Shown: positions 13,536 to 24,000 of the stretch, piece after piece | Numbering within the stretch: the first letter of the stretch is position 1 | Layout of the letters: every line of letters starts with the position of its first letter | NCBI GenBank assembly: GCA_051294375.1 | Contig: JBJCIZ010000040.1 | Coordinates: 290,330-354,329 of the forward strand | Direction: 5' to 3' | DNA from: Paraspadella gotoi | Taxonomy: Eukaryota; Animalia; Chaetognatha | Length of the DNA stretch: 64,000 nt | Made by a program: the position numbers and the translations under genes | The notes under the pieces: model-generated | What the model was told of the DNA's origin: nothing | The model's database searches: none | What the model saw: only the letters and a program-made list of their open reading frames with translations

Positions 13536-14144
13536 GTAAAATTAAAAATATGAGAAAATTGAGAAAAATTTTTAATCAAATCTCAGCATGTCCGAATCTA
13601 TAATGCACTTTGTTGGATTGTCGGCCTGCTCTCATTGGTTGGTCAGTAGAGCGTTCAAATATAACAAAATATAAGATATTAAATTCCATTCATAATTTTT
13701 TTACTGTATTTTGCGCGGTGTTCGATGGCTTAGGCTTATCGATACCGTCATTTCTGTGAGACTCTGTCGCCGCCATCCTGAGCGTCTTGACCGGCGCCAT
13801 CGTCTCCTCTGCACTATTTCACCTTAATTCCAAGTTCTTCGTTAGCATGGAGTTGCCCAAGCTAGAACTCAAAGAAGCATCGCGACTCTTAGAACACTGT
13901 TCAAAACAATTATTATTACAACAATAACAGTCATTAACACACCACCACAACTACAACTACCACAATGATCATAATCATCATAAACTAAATAAAATTGACC
14001 ATAACCTGCATAGTGCATAATTAACTCATTAATTAATTCATTAATTAAATCGTGAGCAAATCCGGAATGTTTTGGTGAAACTTGTTTTTTAATAAACAGG
14101 ATATAAACTTGACATAGCTTTCCACCAATATAACTTTTTTTCAG

Positions 14145-14710
14145 TTTTATCGAAACGTGGTGGAGGATGGGAAGTTTGTTGAACAATGTAAACTTTGTTC
14201 CGAAGGAGAATATCAACCAGAAGAAAATGGAATAGCATGCTTATTTTGTGACCCTGGAAAATATACTGAAAAGAAAGGTAGTAAATCTTGCACAAAAACA
14301 TGTTCAAGGGGGAAAATGGCGAATGATGTGTTTAAAGCTACTGGATGTCTGGCTTGTTTACCTGGATCATATAATGATGAAGCTGGAAAAACAACATGTT
14401 GGGCTTGTGAACCTGGGACTCGGTCCTTAAACAAAGGATCTACAAAGTGTGAAAAATGTCCTCGAAATTGGTTCATAGATATGCCAGGACAACAACATTG
14501 TGCGGCTTGCGCTACAGGATGTACAAGTTTTACTGGTGATAGCAAATGCACAGGACCAAAGTCTGGAGATTTAACGAGTTGTGTTTCTAAGTATATTGAT
14601 GTTCAAGGATCAGAAGATTATAGTGGTGGTGGTAATGAGAAAACTCTTTTCAAAATGGCATGGTCATATCAAGGTCCAGGCTGGTGGTCTAGCGATACTG
14701 AATATAACAG
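14145..14710 (+). CDS. Host gene exon with Cys-rich GCC2/GCC3 (ephrin-receptor-like) repeats
   Basis: ttttttcag acceptor, AG|GTAATT donor; repeated CxxCxxGxY/F-x(4-5)-G-xxx-C units. Confidence 0.85.
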
Positions 14711-15345
14711 GTAATTTTATGAAATTTTTTTAAAGATATATTGTACAATGATTATGATGATAATTATTTGCATGAACAAACTTGGATGGAATCAGAATCA
14801 AAAATGGAATCGGATCCGCGACATGGGTAGAATCTTCAAATTCTGACACCGTCTTTGCTTGTGTCTTTTTCCACTTTGGTTTCGTGTTAAATGTTCCCAA
14901 AACTTCCTTTGTGATGGGTAAATAAGAAGGCAAAACAAATTTGTTAAAATAGGCAAGCTATTTGATAAATCAGTTTCATATATCCGTCCAGTCCCTGTTT
15001 TGGTATATTCATTAAATATGAAAAAAATCAATTCATATTTTACATAACATCATATAGGCTATATCCAAAAAAATCCTTTATAATTTTTTTTTAAACATAT
15101 GTAAAAAACATATTGAAAAATGTTACCTTAAAAATCTTAAAAGCATAAGGATCTCGACAAGGAATAGTCTCGTTCATTGATGCGATGATAGTCATTTATT
15201 GATGCGATGATAGTCATTCATTGATGCGATGATTCAATTAGAGAGAGAGTGTACGAAGACTAGCGGGTTCGTGCGACTTCGAAATCGGGAATTATGGCAA
15301 CAGCCGGGTTGCTTGTGATGCCCATTGGGATGGGGCATCTCACTG

Positions 15346-15424
15346 TTGGCTTTGGGGGCTTCCGACCCTCAGTGACGCCTCCTGTCACTGGCGCGGTTAC
15401 CCTAGGACAGTCCCGCTTTGCCAA
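15346..15424 (-). ncRNA. Twister ribozyme, type P5 (family 3, 3' LTR)
   Basis: Minus strand reads UUGGC-AAA-GCGG-GA-CUG-UCCUAGGG-UAA-CCGC-GCC-AGUGAC..GUCACU-G-AGGG-UCGG-AAGC-CCCC-AAA-GCCAA; P2, P3, P4, P5, T1 and T2 can all pair. Predicted cut between 15399 and 15398. Confidence 0.88.
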
Positions 15425-15449
15425 TGCAGAGGGAAGTCGTTAGGACTGT

Positions 15450-15492
15450 GGATGGAACACTACGCCTGGATGGTGTGTTCCCCTCTGAGCCA
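15450..15492 (-). promoter_or_regulatory. Pol III A/B-box-like promoter in family 3 LTR
   Basis: A box TGGCTCAGAGG (15492-15482) and B-like GTGTTCCATCC (15460-15450), upstream of the twister; spacing is short (21 nt). Confidence 0.5.
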
Positions 15493-15803
15493 ATGGATTT
15501 GGCTGAAGGATGGTGTGACGTGAGGCGGTGTGAATATACCGCCACAGGATCCCCGGGCCAAGACATCACTCAGGTTCCTTAAGCCTGAGAGGTGTCTGAC
15601 AAGACTGTTACCATAGTGGGAGAGAGAGAGAGAGCACGAGAGTTGTGGGGGCATAGGTGTTTGTCGTAGCATACCCGAAGTCGGCAGGGCATAGGCGTTT
15701 GTCGTAGCATACCCTGAAAAGGTTGCGTGTTCGATAGTAGGGCTCACCACTTATGGCAACAGCCGGGTTGCCTGTGATGCCCATTGGGATGGGGCATCTC
15801 ACT

Positions 15804-15884
15804 GTTGGCTTTGGGGGCTTCCGACCCTCAGTGACGCTTCCAGTCACTGGCGCGGTTACCCTAAGACAGTCTCACTTTGCCAAC
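15804..15884 (-). ncRNA. Twister ribozyme, type P5 (family 3, 5' LTR; partly mutated)
   Basis: Same fold; P2' is GUGA (one mismatch) and P1 is UCUUAGGG. Predicted cut between 15858 and 15857. Confidence 0.72.
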
Positions 15885-16801
15885 GCAGAAGGAAGTCGTT
15901 AGGACTGTGGATGGAACACATACACCTGGGATGGTGTTCCCCCTCTGAGCCAATGGATTGGCTGAAGGATGGTGGACGTGAGGCAGTGTGAATATACCGC
16001 CACAGAATCTTGTTTGACGCCGTCGATCAAATAAGAGAGAGAGAGAGAGTAGCTGCCCTGCAATGGCCACGAAATCTAGGCCATATAAGTTATTGTATTT
16101 TGCAATTTTGTATTGAGAAATAAGTGCGGAATAAATGGCGATAAAAAAAGTTTTTAGAAAGAAAAAAATAATCAGAATTTTTCAAAAAATGAACGATCAC
16201 GCAAGAGATCGTACAGAGAGACAGAAAGGGAGAGTAGTTTTCATCGTCTTCTTGGTCTCCTTCATCGTCGGTTTTTTCTTTGACTTTGCCATCATTTTCG
16301 TCGTGGTCTTCGTCGTCGCCTTCTTTGTCGTCTTCTTCGTCGTCCTCTTCATCGTCGTCTTCGTCTTCGTCGTCATCTATGCCATGGTTTTTATCGTTTT
16401 CTTCCTTGTTGTCGTCGGTTTTCTTCTACCAATCAATCAATCAGAAACTTACGTAGAAGCCATTTGCAGTTTTTCTGATTGACAGTTAACAAGTTTGAGC
16501 AAACAATGTCGGATCTGCCCATGATCATTATCGGTAATTAATTAATTAATAAATAATTAATTAATTCAAGTTAATTAATTAATTAATAATTAATATATTC
16601 AAGTTAATTGTTTAAGTAATTTGATCCGAAATGTTTGTTTTGATTGATTAATTGACTGATTAATTAATTATTGATTAATTAATTGACTAATTGATTAATT
16701 AACTGATTAATTATTTGATTAATTAATACATCTTGCATTTACATTTAAAATAAAAAGAAAAAGAAGCATAATCAATTAGTGAAACAGGTTCTTTGTTTTT
16801 T

Positions 16802-17379
16802 AAAATTCTAAAAGTGAGGAACGAACAACATTATACTAATGAACATTTATGTAATAAAAAAATTTATAATAAATTTTACAATTTACGCTGTAAGCCATAT
16901 TTATACTAGTACTAATCCAATAAATAAATGTTAAAATTTCAAAAGTTTTTTTTTAAGATTTTTTTGCAGATTTGGATTTGTCATAAAAAGTTGATAAAAA
17001 GAAATATAACTCTTTTTGAAAAATTCATTTATTAAGTGAGTCAAAAATTATAAAAAACTATATTTTAAGCTGAAAATTAACTTTTTATATATTAAATATA
17101 GTTTTTTTAATTTTTAACCCACTTAATGAAAGAATTTTTAAAATGATTTATATTTTCTTCTATCAACTTTTGACGAGGAATTCAAATCTGCAATCAAAAT
17201 TAAGAAAAGCCTATTTTGAAATTTTTCTATTTTATAAGGATAGTACTATATATAAATATAGCCTACTGCGAAAATTAAAAAACATAAAATAAATTTTTTT
17301 TACAAATTAATGTTCACTGATGGTATGTTGTTCATAATTGACTTTTAGAATTTTCATATGTAACTTTCACTACGCCTTA
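16802..17379. mobile_element. AT-rich foldback MITE (uninterrupted copy, left end truncated)
   Basis: Imperfect long inverted arms (aaattctaaaagt...acttttagaattt); homologous to the copy split by the Gypsy at 55192-60934. Confidence 0.75.
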
Positions 17380-17806
17380 CTATATATAGAATACGCTATA
17401 GCTATAGAATATGCTATTAGCAATGAATACTTCCACAACAAATAATACAAAACACTGTAACCACAGAATATATAAAAACCATAACCAATAACCATATCTT
17501 AAAAAACATACTAGGTCTATATTTTCTTTTAAATTAAAAACTTATTTAAGAGAGTAAATAATCATAGAATACATATGAATTTAAAAAAAGTTTATCCATA
17601 AAATTTACATAAAGTGGTACTTTCCTGCCTTAAAATCCTCAATCTTTTAAATTTTGCTCCCTATACAAGTCCTATTAAGTTATCATTTTGTAGGAAAGAC
17701 AGAGGTTAAACAATAATAGTCTGTTTATTGTCAAAAACAAAATTGAAATGAATGGATAATTTTACATTGGTTGTAATAATTTAAATTTTTTTTTAATATT
17801 TTTTAG

Positions 17807-17897
17807 GTTGTGGTATCTGCCTTATTGGAGTGGTGGATGGGCCTGGGCTGAAAGAGTAAATCCTTATGTTTTTCCAAGAAAACCTGATACAGATTAA
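17807..17897 (+). CDS. Host gene terminal exon
   Basis: tttttag acceptor, phase 2 matching the donor at 14710; reads (R)LWYLPYWSGGWAWAERVNPYVFPRKPDTD-stop. Confidence 0.75.
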
Positions 17898-18072
17898 AAA
17901 ACAAGAACAAAAACAATTGAATGTTTTGAAAAACTAATTATACACATTCTTTTTTCAGAAATTATCAATGAACTTGCTTGATTTTTATATTAGAAATAAA
18001 ATGTAAAATTCTTCAATAAATTTGATATATTTTGTATGTTCTTTAAAGTAGCATATAGGATGAGTGTATCTG

Positions 18073-21000
18073 TGTTGGGCCGCGCGGTTCCCCTCCGCGT
18101 TTTGGATCGCAAAATGCAAGCTTCTTCCCTGCGGTCCAGGATTGGAGGGCCTCGACCAATCACCGTCGAGAGTTGGGAGAAGATATTTTACCTTTTTTCC
18201 CACGAATTTCACGCGTAGCCATCAAGGAAACGCGTTGGCTGGGAGTTAATTGAGACGCTCCGATCTTGCCCCTATGGACGGCCAACCGTTTCTAAAACAT
18301 GCGTTTATCAATTGCATAATGGTTTTACTTTGATGCACGAATTTTTATCTTGTTTTTATTTATGTTTTTATCCTGTTTTTACTCGTTTTCGTGCCTTTTT
18401 ATGTGATGCAATATAATACTAACGCTAACCTTTGGATTCCTGGTCGAAATATTAGGTTTTTAGGCAGCAAGATCAAACATTAGAAACGGAGCTGGAACGA
18501 CATCGCGTCTTCGCCGAGGTGAGAGATTTGAAAAAGGTGAGAATTTGAAATTCGATTGAAATTTTTACTTTGATTCCCGGCCTTTTTATGACGCGAATTT
18601 ATTCGCCAAAACGCGACGCTGGTGAAAAAACTAATATTTCTCTCCCTTTCTCTCTCGGCGAAAATTACGACGCGCGGAGATTCACGATACTGAAGGCAAA
18701 ATATTTGGTCTCATTTACGACGCTGATGGTGGAGAAGATTGTTGAGAATTTCTCCGTCTCTCACACCTTCAGCCAAAGATTATGACGGCTTGAGCATCTC
18801 GTTCTGACGACGACGCTCGCCTTTTATACGATTTTGACATTATTATTTTAACCTTTTCCCCTTTTAATTTTCGGTTTTTTTCTTTTCCTATAGATTCGAG
18901 ATAGCTTCACTTGGCTCGGGCCTTTGCCGGTGGCCTCGCAACAATCAGCCTGATGATGAGCTTTGGGCGGCGCATCTGGAGTTGGTCGCGGAGCTGAAGC
19001 AGGTCGCAGAAGGGAAGATTCCGGATTACAACCCTCGGATGCGGGTCAATGCCGCCCTGATGGTGTTGGAAGGGACGAGCATGACGACATTGGATTCAAA
19101 AAGAACTAAGGCTAACAGAGATGAAGTGAATCAAGCTTGAGCTACTCTTCTTGCTTGGGATAGTTTGGCACAGCAAAGAGGGTTTCCAAGGAGCCCAAGT
19201 TATGGTCCTCCTCCCAGATCTTTTTTCCCTGATACGGCTGGTGGAGTGCTTGGTGTTCCTACCACTCAGGTTGATGTAAGGCCCAAGGTGATTGTCACTG
19301 GTCACGCTGATGATTTAGAAAGGCCTTCTCAGTCTGAAGTGGAGGGTGCACCTGCACAGGGGCTACCTCCAAGTGGCAGAGCTGTGGGTGAGCTCAGCCT
19401 GGCTGGTTCTTGTGGTGGCTCCAGAAGGGCTGCTACAGGAACTGGCCGGGCTTCAAGCTGCCCTAGTGATGCTGCTCGGGAGCATTCCAACCATTCTAGC
19501 AGGAGATCAGGGACAAAGAGGGAAGGGAGGTCAGTCAGATCTGGTTCTGGAAGAGATTCGCATGGGTCTGGTAAGAGTAGCAGGTCTGCTAAATCTATGA
19601 AAGCTGAGTTAGCAGCAATTAAAGCTACACAGGCTATTGACCAGGAAATGGTTGATATATTGAAAAAAGATTTTGAACAGAATCAAGCTTTAAATGCTGC
19701 TTTAGAAAAACAAAAATTTGAAAGAGATCTTAAATTAAAAGAATTAGAAGGAAAGAAGATTCAGGATGACTTGCAGGCAAGAATTGATGCTGCTGAAGCT
19801 ATTGATAATGAACAAGAATTACCTCTTCTTGCAGATCCTCCTCAACCTACACAGGATATGGTCGCGGATTGGACGCCAAAGCACTCCTCCGTGACTGATG
19901 CTACCAATGGAGGTGATGCTGCTGCTCCAACGGCAGTAGAGAAGAATTCTTTAAAGGAGAACATCGATTTCAAAGATCCTTCACCAGGTGCTATTGCTCT
20001 GAATCCTTTGGCAGGGGTTTAGGTTCCTCCTATTAATCCTCTTCCTTTGGTTTCAGCCGCAGCAGCGCCTGTAATCGGTGCAGCCCTTCCTCCAGTCCCT
20101 CAACACTTCAGTGCTCAGGATTGTGCCCTGCTGCACATGGTTGGCGGCAGCACTTTGCAACGTAAGCGTCCATCTCAGGCAGAAAAGTGGTCGGGCACAC
20201 CAGCAGGTTGTGAGCCTTTCCTGAGGGAATTTGCTATACACGTTGAGAGTGTTTCAGGCATGACTGGGCATGACAAATTTTTTGAATTGTTGGAGTGGAC
20301 TAAGGGAGCGGCCAATATGGCGATCCAAGAGTTTAAGATGCATGCCAATGGTGACGAAGCTCTGGAACTTTCAAAGACAAGATTACGCGAATATTGGGGT
20401 TACAAAAAATGTACTGCTTTGGATAAATTGGAAGAGCTCCTGAAGAAGGAGGAGATCAAATTCTCTGAACATGATGGTCTGCGCGAATTTTGTTGGGATC
20501 TCCAATGGATGGCAAAGGTAGCTCAAATCAATGATGATTATAAAGAGTTTGATTCCATTGACGTCCTGCGGAGAATCATCGAAAGACATCCCCTTCATCA
20601 GAGAAGCTTGGAAGAAATATCACCACAAGATGACGGTACGGTTGAATCGCATCAGCAATGACACCTGCGATGACTGACTCCACTGCTGTGGCAAAGAAGA
20701 TTCCGTATTGTCAAGTATGTAAGAATGAACATAATATTATTGATTGTTCTTTGTTCAAATCAAAATCTGTGTCTGAACGAGTTTCCCAGATTCGGAGCAC
20801 TGGCAGCTGCTATTGATGTCTGCGGCGAGGACACATGCAACAAGATTGCTGGGTCAAAGAGATGTGTAGCAAGTGCGATTCAGATCTACAGCACACGCTC
20901 CTTCATTTTGATGCTCAACCTGCCCAGGTCTCTAGTTCGGATTTTGGTGACCTGCCTCATGAGAAGGATGGTCGATCTAGAGATGATTTGGAGGCTGAAG

Positions 21001-23302
21001 AAGTCTTCAGGCAATTAATTGAATTGGTTGATGGGCATTTTTGGGTTGCTCTCCCATGGAAAGGTGGCCGTAAAGCTGCTGTGATGAACCTTTCTAAGGT
21101 TGACCATCGTGCCATGGCTATCAAGAGAGCCGAGAAAGCCCATGCTAAGTTGCTTCGCGATCGTGAAGCTTTTGACACAGTGAATGGGATTGTCAAGGAG
21201 TGGTTGAATGAAAGAGTCGCCTCTGAGATCTCAAAAGTCAGTGACCCTCTTCAGCCAATCTGGACAATGCCCATAGTGCTTGTTCGTAGAGATGATAAGC
21301 CTGGGAAGGTCAGGATTTACCATGATGCTAAAGCTGAAGTAAGAGGTATAAGTTTGAATAGTCAGCTCATGGCAGGTCAAGACTTGAACAGCAAGTTATC
21401 GGCATCTTGCTTCGCTTTAGGGAGAAGCCTATAGTGCTGATGGCGGATGTGAAAGGTTTCTTTCACCAGGTGAGGGTTTCTCCTCTTGACACAGAGGCTT
21501 TAAGGTTTGCCTTTTGGCGTGATTCTGAGGTCTTTGAGCCTTAGATCCTCAAAGCTCTCATAACTGTGTTCGGTTTGAAGCCCTCCCCATCTGCCTGCGC
21601 ATTTGTGGTCAAGGTCGTGATAAATACCATCCTGTCACAATTGAGGCAGTTAAGAGGGATTTGTATGTCGACGATATCATGAATGGTCAGGCATCTGTTG
21701 AAGATGCCAAAAGAAGTCACGTTGAACTGCAGGAGTTGTTCGCCGCTGGTGGGTTTCAACTCACCAAATGGCGGTCGAATGACCCTGAGGTGCGGCAGGC
21801 GATTAGAGATTGTGGGCCATCAGACCCTGAAGAGGTGAAGGATCCTGATGAGCTGATGGGCAAAGCCCTTGGCGTAGCCTATGATTGAGGCACAGATGAT
21901 TTGGCCTTTAAGGTGGATCACCTTAAGGAGGGGGGAGAAGTGAGGACTAGGAATCGTCTCTCCCCTACCTCATTTTGCCAAACGCATACTTCAGCGCTTG
22001 TGTGAGAAGGGGTGCAATTGGGATGATCCTGTGCCCAAGGACGAGTTAGATTTGTTCATGGAATGGAGAGGTTCCCTGGCCGAGATTGAAAAATTAAGGC
22101 TCAGGAGATACCATCTTCCCATCGAGTTTGGAGATGTTGGTGACAGGCAGCTCCACCTGTTTGGTGATGCCTCCATGGAAGCATATGGTGCGGTTGCTTA
22201 TCTTCGCTTTGCTTTTTGACCTCGCGATCGAGGGTGGCACCCATCAATCAGAGAAATAAGGCTGTTGAGGAGACACTCCCGCGTCTTGAATTAACTGCTG
22301 CAGTCGTGGCGGTTGACCTCTACAGTTTGCTAGAACAAGAACTCGATGAAAAGGCAGACTCCGTGACTCTGTGGTCGGACTCTCAATGTGTCCTGAAGCA
22401 GATTCGCAATACAGAGACCCGTTTTAAGGCCTTTGTTGCGAATCGCGTCACAAAGATCCTGCAAAGGACGACGCCTGATCAGTGGAGATATGTTCCCACG
22501 GACGTTAATCCAGCTGACATGTGCTCCAGGGGCTTGAGGGCTGATGCGAAGGAGAAGTGGGACCAACTCCATCAGGGTCCCCAGTTTCTCCGAGAGTTGC
22601 CCGAGTGCTGGCCCATGGAGCAGATTGACGTAAAGCCTGAAGAAGTTACTGTCGTGCCAGAAGTGACATGTAATGTTACTAGTGCTGTGAAGGATGACTT
22701 TGTTTACCGCCTCTTTGAGAATGTTTCAACATGGAAAAGAGCGGTTCGACGCATATCGATCTTGCAGCGGTTTCTGGACCACCTCTTCAAGGTTCCTCGC
22801 AGGTCTCTTGATCCTCTTGAGCGTGCTGAGGTGACCTTGGTCCGGTTACTGCAGCAGCAGTCATTCTCTGCAGAATTGAAGCGTTTGGCAATTTCAGAGA
22901 GATGTCCGAGACGAGAGCTTCGATCGGGGAATTTGCCTCTGAGAAAGCTTGACCCCTTTGTTGATGATGCCGGCACCCATAGGGTTGGTGGCAGACTTGA
23001 CAAGGCGGACGAGGAGTATCAGACTAGACACCCATGGATTCTCCCATCGTCGTACCATCTTGTCAAGGACCTGATTCAGAAGTATCATGAAGAGTTGGCG
23101 CATGGTGGGGTGGAGGCCACATTGGCTCATCTTCGGTCTAAGTTCTGGATCATTGGGGCGCGCTCTGCCACCAGATCAATGAGATGGCATTGTTTTCATT
23201 GCCGAAAGATGCGAGCGCAACCCCTTGACCAGAAAATGGCACCTCTTCTGACCGATCGTGTGACACAAGGCCATCCATTCCTCTCTACCGGTGTAGACTT
23301 AT
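18073..23302 (+). mobile_element. BEL/Pao LTR retrotransposon, internally deleted and 3' truncated
   Basis: Gag-like ORFs (19165-20661); RT with YVDD (about 21664); Pao RNase H/peptidase A17 motifs LHLFGDASMEAYGAVAYLR and LPRLELTAAV; integrase HxxxxH..CxxC and TGVDLFG; multiple frameshifts. The 5' boundary is approximate. Confidence 0.88.
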
Positions 23303-24000
23303 TTGGTGCCGTAGGAAGAGATTGGAGACCCGTTTGCAGCATAAAGTTGAGGCGCGGAGCCACCGTGGAGCTTTTCTGATGGTGAAGGCGCCATCAAAGT
23401 GACGCTTGCACTACCGTCCACAAGCCATGTCAGGTTGTTGTTGTTGTCAAACACGTGCAGTAAGGGTTCTGTACTACCAGCAGCGGCGTTTACTGCCTCC
23501 GGCTGCTGGCTCGGCCGTTTCCCCGCTTGCATCCTGGGTAGCATTTGATTGCTTGGTCTCCAAATGTCCGATGATAGAAACAAAGTCCATTGATGAAATC
23601 AGGAGAGGAGTTGAAAGAGTTTGCAACTGGTTGATGAGTGAATGTCGTGCTGTTGCTGTTGTTGGGGAAACGGCGCTGCTGTGTTGTCGCTGGTCTTTGG
23701 TAGCCAGGCCAGACCTGTGTCCTGGGGTGTAGTTGGCCACGTCCCGAAGTCGTGGCAAACACGCTGGCGTACGTGCGTGGTGGATGCATCATCCGCCAAG
23801 TTGGGCGGAAAGTCAGAAAGGTCCTCCTCGAAGATGCCCCATCGATTGGAGGTGTCGATATGATTGACGACTTTTCCAATTGGTTTTGAGGTGATCTGAA
23901 GATCACCTTGGGCAGAATAAAATGCGTTCGCCTTCTTGGCGATCGCTTCCGGCGTCTCGTCCCCATCGCTGACTACCCTTCCTGCCACGTGGGCTGGGAG
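23303..24000 (-). mobile_element. Ty3/Gypsy gag-protease fragment fused to the BEL element
   Basis: Minus strand CFYHRTFGDQAIKCYPGC knuckle, WLVDGSA protease-like motif and LYAANGSPISSYG, homologous to the Gypsy elements at 54-61 kb. Confidence 0.8.

Larger units (their letters stand above)
15293..16004 (-). mobile_element. TRIM-like LTR retrozyme, family 3 (complete)
   Basis: Minus-strand LTRs 16004-15752 and 15546-15293 (TGTGGC..GCCATA); PBS TGGTGAGCCCTACTA at 15749-15735; short PPT GGGGATCC before the 3' LTR; TSD GAAT (15289-15292, 16005-16008). Confidence 0.9.

Noticed and set aside
16135-16482. Hydrophobic F/V-rich ORF resembling a membrane protein
   Set aside because: It derives from a degenerate GTC/TTC trinucleotide tract inside an intron.
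18945-19010. CTGATGA..GAAG hammerhead-like motif
   Set aside because: It lacks GAAA and proper stems, and lies in frame with BEL gag.
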